Source: Lepidodermella squamata
Lineage: Eukaryota > Animalia > Gastrotricha
DNA length: 64,000 nucleotides
Direction of reading: 5' to 3'
Assembly: GCA_047495785.1 (NCBI GenBank)
Contig: JBLDXI010000019.1
Span: 1-64,000 of the forward strand
In this document: in pieces, positions 42,841 to 54,805 of the stretch
How the letters are laid out: every line of letters begins with the position of its first letter
Numbering within the stretch: the first letter of the stretch is position 1
Notes under the pieces: generated by a model
What the model saw: only the letters and a program-made list of their open reading frames with translations
The model's database searches: none
What the model was told of the DNA's origin: nothing
Translations under genes and position numbers: made by a program

Positions 42841-43452
42841 CGGTTCCAAAATGGGTGATGACATCAAGCGAACATTAAAATACGCTAATTCAAATAACTG
42901 TTTTTGAAGAAAAGGAAGCAGAACCTTGTGAAATCGAACTTCCGATAATATGCTAACGAGGTGACCAAATTTCGGGCAAAACGTCCAAATTTAGAGGTTT
43001 CTTCTCCTATTTTGAAAAAAATCCAGGTGAGCTTCTAAATTCTCCAAATAACTTGTCCCGATCCAGATTCCTCGGGCGAAGGTTTGGCAATTTTTTTTTC
43101 ATTTTTTGGACGAAACCCAAATTTCGGAAAACTAAAAAACCTGTTTTGTCCGAAGTTAGGGCACATTCCGGTACCGGCTTAAAATTTTCGATCGATAGAA
43201 AGTCACCAGTCGATGATCGAGCCAGATCGAAATAGGGCCTTTTATTGCAAGAAGTTTAGGAACTTTTAACCGAATTTTATATGTTATCGGCAAAATAAAA
43301 TGCTGGATAAAAAATGTGTTTCTTTCAATTTCCCAACGCTTTGATGTCAGCTGTCGGCCATCCATAATCAAGTGACAAAAATGATTCACACGGGATAGTT
43401 AAAAACTTGGGAAATAAATAGACAATTCGACTTCGAAGTTGGCCAGTTTTAA

Positions 43453-44284
43453 TTAACAGGATGGCGGCGGCTCTGAACAGCGGCAGCAGCTGATGCTGCA
43501 TCCGACGAAGAAATGAATCAGCGTCAGCAAAGCGCTGAAGGCCTGTAAGAAATATGGAACATAAACTCGGTCGGAAATGTCTCGAGATGAAAAAACTCAC
43601 GATAGTAGCGTCAACTGTGTCCCAATAATAGTCCACGTACCACGACACGAAGTAGAATTCGTAATAAATCAACCCGACCGCGAGCGCGTGGCCTGCCCAG
43701 AGAAACGTGTTTAAGAAGTCGTAAACGCCGTGATAAGCCCATGATCGGTTGCTGTAGTTGAACAGCTGTGTAAGGGCAACGGAAAATGTGGAAATCGGCA
43801 GGACTAGCAGCCAAATCCAGTAGAACCATGTAGTATAAGTCATTGAGAATAGTCCGACCAAGAGGCCAAACGATATAATGGCAAAAATCTGAATAGAATA
43901 TAATCATGAAATTGCGATTCCTCATGAAATGTATTATTATTTTACCGCTTGAATCAGCCGAGCAATGCCGTAGCCGGTTCGAATGCGGTGGTTGAAAACT
44001 TGCCCGGATGACATGTATGGTGTCGTATGGCAATGGCTTCCAATGACAGGAGGAGCAGCCATGACAACAACTTGCCCTTGCGGATATTGCTGCACCATCG
44101 GCGCTGGTTGATAACCAGCGTAGACTACATTCTGCTGTTGCGGCGGGTAAGCATAGCCCGGTGGAGGAGCGCCGTAGTAAGGCTGCTGTTGATTTGTTGC
44201 GTAAACTACCTGTGGTGGTGCTGTGGGATTTTGCATTATTTGCTGCGGCTGATATGGCGTGCCAGTCTTGGTCGAATCTGCCAT
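43453..44284 (-). CDS. Pro/Gln/Tyr-rich N-terminus plus 4-TM (MARVEL-like) membrane protein with a Cys-rich tail, copy 1; introns 43889-43945, 43543-43600
   Basis: The spliced frame is open: QQPYYGAPPPGYAYPPQQQ...GIARLIQA^IFAIISFGLL...ATI^AFSALLTLIHFFVGCSISCCRC. Confidence 0.72.
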
Positions 44285-44847
44285 TTTATATATTGCCAAT
44301 TTATGTTATCAGGGATAATATCGCTGATTTAAAATTGAAGGCGGCCTGTTCCGAATATGTCTCGCCAACTGTTTCCGCTCGCAAGTTTTATATCACCAGT
44401 AATATTTTTGCGTTTTCTTATCAGTGCTGGGGCGTATATCAGGTGAAAAAAAATGAAGATAAATATTCTTAGCCATTCATTTTCGCCGAAAATTACTGCG
44501 TGAGATAAGAAGTCATTGCAAGTTCCGACAATTTATCTCTAGCAAATGCCCTCATCCTTACGTGGGCGAACGCTGGCACATGATTAATCAGAGTTGGCCC
44601 CGGGTCCAAAAAGTCGGACCCAAACCCGAATCGGGCCCGACCCGACTGGTCCTGGTCTCGATTCCAGCATTTATCGATCCAGGGAACCAGATCTAAAATG
44701 AAGACATGGGGGGATATGAAAAGAAGTAACAAATCCCGCACTCATATGACCGATATGGAACAACAGTTATGTGTTACAACGACGCTTCTTTTAATATGCT
44801 GAATTCAATTGCTGAAATTAGCAAATAATCGACACAATAAAAATAAT

Positions 44848-45330
44848 ACAATAGAATCAGGCAAGGATAGGTATTCAGACGCTGTAATTTCGATCTCGCT
44901 GAAACGTAAGCCTCAATTCGTCATCATCAGCCTGTTGGCGCCGAGTGTCATATTGAACGGCCTAATTTTCGCATCATTCGCGATTCCAGCAACCGAACCC
45001 GACCGGCCAGCTTCTGCCTGTGCTGTCATGCTGGCAATCGTGCTTATGCAAGGCCAGTTAGGCGCAACTGTCCCAGCCACTCCGAGACCTATGGTCACTG
45101 AATTCTACTTGGTGGGAGTTATCGTCCTCTCGGCTATGGTAGCGATGTACTCAGCCTAAATGTGGGGCTTTACGAAGCTTTGGCCTGAAAGAGCTGAACG
45201 AAAAATCAAAGTGAATAGGTTCGAGGGTAGACTATTCTTATTTGTAGTGAAAAAAATGTGATCTCATTTCTTGCCCATTTCGCTTGCACATTTATGCGGT
45301 GATCTTCCCTTTATTTGCCTACCACTAAAA
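44848..45330 (+). pseudogene. Truncated Cys-loop channel pseudogene (loop C to M4)
   Basis: Near-identical to copy 3 from TIESGKDRYSD onward. The extracellular domain is missing, there is an in-frame TAA at 45157, and indels follow. Confidence 0.88.
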
Positions 45331-46632
45331 TGCCAGACAATGACGGTGTTCTAAAGGTATTATTCTTTCCTTCCGTAGAATTTCCTAACTTGAACTTTCT
45401 AGTTTTCTATGACTGCCGGCGTTTTTGTTACTGTTGTAAGGTGAAGCCTAGGATAGCAGATGATCAGCAGTCAGATGCAGATGCATGCGGAACGAAAACA
45501 CGATTCGGAAGGCAATACAGGATACACGAGATGGTTCTCTTACCCATAGTTTAGGCGAAAGTGGTGAAAATGTGCAGATCGACATCTCAGATGGCTTCTT
45601 CAAGATTGGAAACGGAGCCACGAGAGCCTCAAAACTCAAAACTGAGAATCCAAAACGTCAAGGTAAGACGGGCGCGTTTTACACTCCGCTATGGTAAAGC
45701 TAAATTAAAGCACCGAAGTCCGTCGCCCGATTTTGAAACCTGCAGCGCACGTGCGCAGCGCAATTCTTAATCCCGCACCCAATTTTAAGGTGTGCAGCCC
45801 AAATGTTTACTTTGTCACCATTATTACACGCGCGCAGCTGGAAATATATATTTTGGCAGCCGAAATGTTAAACTTTGCAGCGCAATTATTTATCCACCTT
45901 AATATCAATTTTCTATATATAAAAGCATCCCAAATGGGAACGTTGGCCTGTAAACGGAATGAACTCTACATGTTTCCCGATAATGTTGATGTTATGGCCC
46001 AAGCCTAATATATGGCTGCGTCCGAGGCTGACGATGTTAACGATGAAATTACCCACCCAGGCATCAGGCATCACCCAGGTTTCTGTAAATTTCGAATAGG
46101 TCGGTTCAGGGACGGAAGGTGAGACATGCGCTAAGCCTCGTGATGAGACGCGCTTGCACGAGATGAATAAAGTTGTTTGTGTTACCCGTTACCCATTCGA
46201 ATCCAGACTGGCTGGGAGCCATTCATGGTTAACTCCATAAATTACGGATACAAAAAAATAGTGCTATGCCCGGGTCGACGTAGAGAAATGAGCAGGGTGG
46301 GTTTTAATATCTTACTGCTACAACAGTGGGTCCTAATTATGTAGGGCAGGCCTGGGGTTTAAATCGACGGATTACCCAAATCAGCCGTTTATTGCACTCT
46401 GGGAAACGAACCCAGAACCGAACGCTGTGCTATAAGAGCGCTCAAGACCTCTTACAGCGTTGGTTTCTCAAAATCCAGAACAAAACAAGGAGCAAGATTT
46501 CAACGCTTTGATGTCAGCTGTCGGCCATCCCTAAATAACAATATACAATAAATACTAATGATTCACACTGGGATAGTTAAAAAGTCGGGAAACTAATATA
46601 GATAATTCGACTTCGAAGTTGGCCAGTTTGAA

Positions 46633-47460
46633 TTAACAGGATGGCGACGGCTCTGAGCAGCAGCTGCAGCGGATGCTGCATCCGACGAAGAAATGAATCA
46701 ACGACAGCAAAGCGCTGAACGCCTGTTGGAAACATAGAACATATAAACTCGGCTAGGAATGTCTTGAAAACTGAAAACTAACAATAGTAGCGTTAACTGT
46801 GTAATAATAGTTCACGTCCCACGGCACGTTGTAGAATTCGTAATAAATCAATCCGACCGCCAGCGTGTGGACTGCCCAGAGAAAAGTGTACAAAAAGTCG
46901 AAACCGCCGTGAGAAGCCCGTGATCGGCTTTTGTGGTTGAAAAGCTGTGTAAGGGCAACAAAAGTTGAAATCGGTAAGATTAGCAGCCAAATCCAGTAGA
47001 ACCAAGTGGTAGCAGTCATTGAGAATAGTCCGATCAAGAGGCCAAGCGATATAATGGCAAAAATCTGAATATAATATAATCATGAAATTGCGATTCCTCA
47101 TGAAATTTATTATTTTTTTACAGCTTGGATCAGCCGAGCAATGCCGTAGCCGGTTCGAATGCGGTGGTTGAAAACTTGCCCGGATGACATGTATGGTGTC
47201 GTATGGCAATGGCTTCCAATGACAGGAGGAGCAGCCATGACAACAACTTGCCCTTGCGGATATTGCTGCACCATCGGCGCTGGTTGATAACCAGCGTAGA
47301 CTACATTCTGCTGTTGCGGCGGGTAATCGTAGGGCGGTGGAGGAGCGTCGTAGTCAGGCTGCTGTTGATTTGTTGCGTAAACTACCTGTGGTGGTGCTGT
47401 AGGATTTTGCATTATTTGCTGCGGCTGATATGGCAAGCCAGTCTTGGTCGAATCTGCTAT
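46633..47460 (-). CDS. Pro/Gln-rich 4-TM protein, copy 2 (ancestral ATG changed to ATA; next ATG at 47412)
   Basis: Duplicate of ~43.3-44.55 kb with the same intron positions and open exons. Confidence 0.62.
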
Positions 47461-47821
47461 TTTATAATATATTTGCCAATTTTAGTTTATCAGGAAAAAT
47501 ATCGCTGATTTAAAATTGATCATTGAAGGCCTGCTCAGAATATGTCACGCCAACTGTATCCGCTCGCAAGTTTTATATCACCAGCAATATTTTTGCATTT
47601 TCTTATCAGTTCTTGGGTGTTGGGTGTATATCAGGTGAAAAATGAAGATGAATAGTCTCAGCCTATAATTTTCTCCGAAAATTACTGCGTGAGATAAGAA
47701 GTCATTACAAGTTTCGACAATTTATCTCCAGAGAATATACCCTCATCCCCATCATATCGTTAGCGACGTTGAATAACTCGGATTTAGGCTTGTTTATATC
47801 CGTCGAAAAAATTATGAAAAA

Positions 47822-48116
47822 AAGATTTGGGTTCAGATGAACCGATGGGCTGACTGCGGCGCACATTCACAAGCACTGTCCCGGTACCGCTCACCACGCA
47901 CATCGTTAGGCTGCTTCCGTCAGGACCTGACCTTTGACGTGTCATTACGCAACCTGGGCAGTACGGCCTCCGCCGCACCGACCATGTTGATGGCGTACTT
48001 ACACGGGGCGCTCGATCGACATGTGACATCCGCAGACAGGGCTCCCACCGGCCACCCATTCGCCAAGCCCGGCCCTCAAGTCGCTGAGTCACAGAAGCAC
48101 GCCACTGCTTCCAGCC
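47822..48116 (-). ncRNA. Signal recognition particle (7SL) RNA
   Basis: About 295 nt. Alu-domain start GGCTGGAAGCAGTGGCGTGCTTCTGTGACTCAGC, conserved CATCAACATGGT, helix 6 with a GGAG loop, helix 8 CAGGTCC-TGAC-GGAAGCAGCC, and an oligo-T terminator. Confidence 0.88.
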
Positions 48117-48182
48117 ATAAACTGCTCACAAAATAAATAATTTGAAATGAAAAAATAAAATAAAAAACGAAAAATAAAAAAG

Positions 48183-48254
48183 TTCCCTGACCGGGAATCG
48201 AACCCGGGCCGCCGCGGTGAGAACGCGGAATCCTAACCACTAGACCATCAGGGA
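48183..48254 (-). tRNA. tRNA-Glu(CTC)
   Basis: TCCCTGATGGTCTAGTGGTTAGGATTCCGCGTTCTCACCGCGGCGGCCCGGGTTCGATTCCCGGTCAGGGAA folds as a cloverleaf. Confidence 0.96.
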
Positions 48255-48353
48255 GTGTCTTATCAGAACGTAGTAAGGCGTTATTTTATTATTTCCTCTC
48301 ATTTTTGTTAGCATTATTTTTCGAAAAAAAAATTCAAAAAAATGTTACTTATC

Positions 48354-48425
48354 AGGCCCAGACGGGGATTGATCCCGCGACCTTCTGTTTACAAGACAGA
48401 TGCTCTACCACTAAGCTACTGAGCC
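48354..48425 (-). tRNA. tRNA-Thr(TGT) with an atypical T-loop (A at position 54)
   Basis: GGCTCAGTAGCTTAGTGGTAGAGCATCTGTCTTGTAAACAGAAGGTCGCGGGATCAATCCCCGTCTGGGCCT. Confidence 0.85.
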
Positions 48426-50355
48426 GCTGATGTAGGGTAATTTCATAAGTTCAATAGAAGCCCGCAGCTAATTATGCGCACTGTCATCTGGCGGTGACCT
48501 TCAGTCGACCCCCGATGATTGCTCAAATCCGCCCAGCGTGTGAATATTTTTGTCGATTTATATTTAATTTTTTCTTAATTTACACTCGACATGCAAGCGT
48601 GGCCCCACCGCCTAGATTGAGCCACTCTGAGCCACACAATGCTTTCATTCACGTCCAAACAGCGTTATTTATTGTGAGAAATTTGTGAAGTGAATCTTCC
48701 CGAAAATTTTCAACCCGTGTCGCTTCTATCGTGTCTTTGATCTGTTACACGTAAAGCCGGATAGAAGGGTCATTATAACGTAACGAGTCATGTGTAGCTC
48801 GTAAGTAGGTGAAATCCGCGACTGGGTTCTCAGACGCTAGGGTATCATTTTAATCTGCTAGCGAGATAAAGTCGCGGCTCGAGATGCGCGAATATAATAA
48901 CCCGCTGAGCAAATAAACCCCGTCCGGAGCTGCTTACTATGTATGCGAAATCGAAGCATTTTTGCAGCGCGAAAGAATGCTCGTGAACTCTCGCGCCGGG
49001 TGTTGCGAGCCGCGAGCAAACAAAGCCGGCTGCTTATGTGTACGCAGCTATAACCTACCTGGTGTAACAGTTCGCTGACCGCCGCCGCCGCCTAGGCGAC
49101 GACTGACTTAAGTCACTCGCACGCCACGCGTTTTATATTGCCTAGCTGATAGTAATAATCATTATTGCCATTACGTGTTCCTCCAGCAGCTCGCAACCAC
49201 AGCTTTGTTGTTGTTATTGTCGTTATGATAATAATAATAATAAATATATTATACCGCACGCACTTTTTCACCCGCGACTCCTCGCAAACACCGTGTAATG
49301 CTGCCCGGCTGCTGCAGTTGGGCAAACAAAAATATACATAATACCGCGCGACCACCACTGCACCGCACTGGGAAATATGACGGTAAAACGGCATTATGAT
49401 TATTAATATTATAATAATTATCATCGAAAAATGCCCCTCAAGAAACTCGTTCATATAGTAGCTTTATCCGGTGTATTTTGTTTTGTTTCACTACGAGTAT
49501 AGTTGAAATATAACCTGGCTAAGATAAAGGCTTCGCTTCCTTTTCTGCGCGCACGGCCACTTGTCTTGGCGAAAAACGCGCGCACGAAATACCGACTAGG
49601 TATATAAAATAATAATAGCCGCGGCGCATTACCTTAACATCGCGGCTGTCAAACGCGGCGCTGTTCTATTTGTTGTCTCGACAGTGTTTATCTTACGTTG
49701 TCGTTCGCCCGTCAAAATTCGCCGCGTTGATGATTCGACGACGACTTTATTTTTGTTAATTGCCCCGCTCGAGAGACTAAAACGTTTATTTTTTGCGAAA
49801 TATTTATCGTTAGTAATATCAAACGACCCACTCATGCCGCTCATTTTGACTTGTTTTTTTTAAGCTGCACACCTGTATATAACCTAATGCTCCCTTTGAC
49901 GCGTGAAATTACAATTTTTACTACGAATGGTCGTAGTAGTAGTAGTAGTAGTGGTATGTACATACCTATTGCGTGAGCGCACGAGTTCAGCACAAAAAGG
50001 TGGTGTGATGTGCTGTTATTTTATGTCGGCTAAATAAAAACAACCCGTCACGAGAGGCATTTAGATCCTTTCGAGTGCGATGCCGAAATTTTCGTCCTCA
50101 GAAATTCGGCCATAGTCCCAATTTTCCTTAATTTTAGATATTCTAGAGCCTTATTTAAATTATTTATTATTTAATTTTTAGAGGCTTGAAAAGAAGGAAT
50201 CGTGCATTTGTATTATAATGCGCGATATTTTAAACATCAGCTTGAAATCGTAACCAACACTCGCGGCTTTCGACCGACCTCATATCGCTTGCTTTCTGGC
50301 GAGTTGAACAAACAAATTTCGCTGAGAAATCTGGAGATTTTGTTGTTCTTCGTTT

Positions 50356-53300
50356 ATGGAACCGCGGGAAAAATATGACCCCAAAGAGCCATTCATTATT
50401 CACTCGAGTGGCGGCTCCGTTCGACCGCCCCCCGACGATCGCGAACATCGGCGGAGATCAAAATGTAAGGTCGAATTATTTGTTTAATTTTTTGTTTAAT
50501 TTTGCAATTTTTTAGGCGCATTATGCTGCTGTATTTTCTGGATCATCCTAGCAATATTCGTCCTTTTGCTGATTTTTATATATTTTATATGGATTTGGCC
50601 AAACCAGTGCTTCCTCGTGCTCGACGACGATGCGCCGATTCAGCTGGGCATAAATGTCCGCGAGTCGCGTTTATTTGTCATTTTTACGAAACCTATACCA
50701 ACCGGCATCTTCAATAGCTCACTAAATATATGCGGTGATTCGGCGCCGATTGATACGACTTTTTTACCGGCTTTCGGCGGCCTCGAAATATCGGCGGCGA
50801 ATTTGACGCTTCGCACGGCGAAATGCCAGAATTTACCGCTTGGCGTTGACGCTACAACCGGTACGCTGCGATTTGTCATCGAAAATGACATCAACGAGAC
50901 GCGCGTTACGGTTCGCGACGTCGGCGTGCGTTTCACGGCGCTGGATTTGCCACGCCACGGCTATTTCGAGCTGAAAAGCAACGAGCAAAGCGTGCAAATA
51001 TCGTCTCCATCCAAGGGGTTAGTCAATTTATTTTCCAGTAATTTTTTTACGATTTTTCAATTAATTTATGACTCACTGTGTTGACAAATTTCCACATCCT
51101 ATAGCTTATTCATTATTTTGTTTTGTCCTCCCACTATATGGGCCCATTGAGGCACCTGTTCAAAGAATTAGCGTACATTTTCACGCGCGTGGTACAGGTG
51201 CTATAAGACGTGAATGGCTAGCTAAATTGTATAAAAGAAACCTTTGTTGACTTGAGGAATCTTTTGAAAATTCCTAATGAGATAAAAATGTATCTATAAG
51301 GCACAGGACACCTTTCAAATTAATAGGATTCTGAAGTTTGTGACATTGCAAGTGAAAGCAAATTTTCCCATTTTCGGCCCCAAAAATCGCAGGTCCATTT
51401 TGTTTTGATTGAGCGGAAAATTCCATTATTTTTGTTTGCAGAAAAATATGAGGATATTTTCTTGGATTTCGAATTTTCCCTAAAATTGAGACAATTTGAG
51501 TGGGTTGCCATCGGAAATAAGATGACGAGAAGCTCGCAAAATGCAAAAAATATGAGGCTGGACGAAAAATTGAAAAAATTGAGTGTTAACCAGCAACCTT
51601 GCGGGTCATTTTTGCTTTAATTCGATTTTTTTATTCGATCTTGAAGTTACCGCGAAATCTTGGGCAAAATCAAGAAAAATCCAGGAAAAGTCTCGTTTTT
51701 CGCCGTCAGCTAGCTAAAAAATCAGAATATCTTTTAGCAGAACCAAATTTACCAGTTGTGAAACCAAAATTGGCTGTAGCGGAAAAAAATTTCACGAGTT
51801 GGCACAAAATTAAAAACTATTAAACATTTTCGAAATTGTGTTTAATCACGATTATGAGTTGTTCTCAAAGTGATGGTTATACTGGAAATCGTCGACAATT
51901 TTATGATCATTTATTTGGATTTTTCATTTTTTAAATTGATCGGGATAAGTATTCCAGAAAATTCGGAAGATGCATTTTGTGCGAATCAATTACTCAAAAT
52001 TAGGTGTCGCAACCCGCTACGGTTATTTTTGGTTCCGCTAAAATTAAGATTCTAAAAAGTTAGATCAAAGCACGAATTTTGAATTCAAAATATTGATTGT
52101 TTTTCGATTTTTTTGTAGGGTTGCAATAGATTTCGTCGACGATGGCGTTGTGACGTTCGAACCTGCAATAGGCGTTGTTTACTCGACATTTCAAGCCGTT
52201 TTAGCTTCAGAAATAATTTTATTACCCGGCAACTCGCCGAACAATTACTGCGGCGCACCGGCGATCGGCGTCGGGCTGGACGCGTCAATTTTCGAAAAAG
52301 CCTGGCAAGCTTTTAAATACTGGATGAAAAACTCGTTCCCGGAAATGTCGCCAATCGGCATCGCTCAACTGTTCTCACTCACGGGGCTGCAACTGGACGA
52401 AATTCACATGAAAACTAAACCGGTTTCTTTCGAAATGAAAACTTCAACCCCGCCCAAGCACATGCCTGTTTTCGTGAAACACGGCCAGTTAAAGGTCGAT
52501 CAATCTTCGGTTAGTATCAGTGATTTATCGCTGAAAGTCGAAGGCGATACGCCGAAAACTAAGGAATACCACCTTAAAACTCGAGCGAGAATTCGAGTTC
52601 ATGTACCAGCTGGTAGCGTAGAGGCAGTTGCTATGTTGAAAGAGCGGCTCGAAATCGCAACGTCATTCAACGACACGATATTCGATCTTCCATTCGATAT
52701 CGACATATTCAACAGCAACAGTCGTAAATTGACGAAAAACGAGTCGGTCGAAGAGGTCGGGTTCAGCCAGCGTGAAATTTTAGCCATGCGGCATAACGAC
52801 ACTGGGTCGTTCCGCATGAAACACCTCAGCGTGAGAAGTGCCCTGGATAACAGTACGATTTTCACGCCGTCGCTATCCGGCATTGTCGAGCCGATTTTCA
52901 TCCGATCATCGCGGCAAATTGTCGCGACCCCGCAATGCAACGCCCTGCTTTATAAATTCATCTCAATGGATTTCGTCACGTCCGCCTTAACAGTTCCGGC
53001 CGGCCAGGCGTTGAAGGTTGTAGTTCAGGGCTCGAATCAAGACTCGACCCCGTTGACGATAAATTTGTACCAACTCGGCAGGGTGGCTAATAACATGAAA
53101 CTTATCGTTTCATCGACTTGTCTCGAGGAGAAAGAACGGACGGAAAAGGCGAATCGATCGCAGGAGAAACGGCACAACCGGCCGCGGAGTGATGCGTTGC
53201 TATCAGGCGACCACGCTGCTGGGTCTTACTCTTACAACTACAACATCACCCTAGACCCGGCTTTGACATCGGCAGCAGCGGATGAAGAAGGTGATTTTCT

Positions 53301-53493
53301 AGCCGGTATGAAGTTGCAGCATTTTACGTTCAACGCAACGGAGGTCGACGCGCGCGTTCATCCGTTGCACAATTTTTTGCAAATTGATAAAATTCAAATA
53401 TCGCTCAATGCAACGAATAGCGACAAGGCGAAGCTGGACCTACAAGTTGGCCTCAAGCAGTCGTCGACGCCTCTCATCCGGGCTCTACTGTGA
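50356..53493 (+). CDS. Type II membrane protein of unknown family (exons 50356-50464, 50516-51017, 52119-53493; about 661 aa)
   Basis: Spliced frame MEPREKY...HRRRSK^CALCCCIFWIILAIFVLLLIFIYFIWIWP (basic residues, Cys cluster, TM), then a long domain with many N-x-S/T sites. Splice phases are compatible. Confidence 0.68.
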
Positions 53494-54805
53494 TTTTTAC
53501 GCATTTTATCAACCTGGTAGAAAATTGTTAGTCAGTTATTACTAAAATCCAAGTTTCTTCTTCTTCCATCTCATTTGAAATAATATGCAGAGCGATATCT
53601 CAAGCCGATCTGACTGAATCATTTTATTATAAAAATATATTGAGATTTCTTCGAAGATGAAGCTTTAAAAAACTTTCGCCTCAGTAACTACGCAAATCTC
53701 GAGCTGCAATATAGAAAAATCTTCCAATCCCTATATTCCGATTCCTTACTCCTGAAAAAAATCGTGCTGTTTTTTTTTTGACAAACTTCACATCGAAAGG
53801 CTGCTAAATTTTTTACTCGTATGCGGCTCAAGTTCGATTTCACTTTTTTTCAAACAAAAAAAAACTGTTGTGTGAAAAATCTGTTTTTATCGTTTTGTCT
53901 TCCCGCATATGCTATATTCTCTTTTATTATCGCAGCGTTGAACATATCATTTTAACACTATTTAAACGGCGATTATAATATGATGATGAACCGTGAGATA
54001 TCATGTTGTGACAAATTTCTTTTTTTTTCTTCTGTACAGGTGAAATCACATTGTGAAAAACAGAGAGAAAACTAGCGCAATCGATAATGAGAATGATGAT
54101 TTTTTTGTCCAAAGGAGCAATAAAATATGTGAATGATTGAAAAGTTGCCAATGTTTTTTTTGTTGAATATTGCTCCAATATACAAGCGTCCAAGTGTAGA
54201 ATTGAACCTTAGCACCTTGAACTTTAGCACCTTCTGGCCTCGCGCCATCATATATGTTAGATAGCTCGTCTTGAGTACTATAAACATAGACATAATTTAG
54301 GATAGACTGCTTACTCACGAGAAAGGGTGCTACGCCATGGGCGCCAGATAGTCAGCTGATTCATCGGCGCTTGGAGGAAACGTAAACAAAATATTCGATT
54401 GGTTTTCTACTGGTTCCGTGACGGCTTCGTTTATTTCAAGGGTTCCGTTGACGGATCCAGACAGAGGAAATCACGAGGAACACTCTGATTATTTTTTCGA
54501 AATTTTTGAAGGCATTTTAACTGGTTTTATAAATGGTTTCGTTCGATAAACAATTTGATGAGTGTTCAAATAAAAAATGTTTGCACTTTTGAGGGGAGCC
54601 AGCGCAGGTAGGTCAGGGCTTAATTGTTCTTTGGGCGCGAAGTTTCGAAGTTACTATAGAATCCTCTTGAATTCGATAACTTGAATCGACCAACTACTTA
54701 ATTTTTTCACGTTTAAAAAACCCACCTTAATTTTTGCCACCTTGGAAGATTGAAGCTACAGTGCATAGGGAATAGAGTTACTTATTATCTCTTTCAAATA
54801 GGCGA

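Noticed and set aside
47784-48136. ORFs of 102 and 99 aa
   Set aside because: They overlap the GC-rich 7SL RNA gene and show no protein features.
49933-49952. (AGT)n run resembling a Polinton terminus
   Set aside because: It lies over 30 kb from the element among host genes with no associated inverted repeat; a simple microsatellite.
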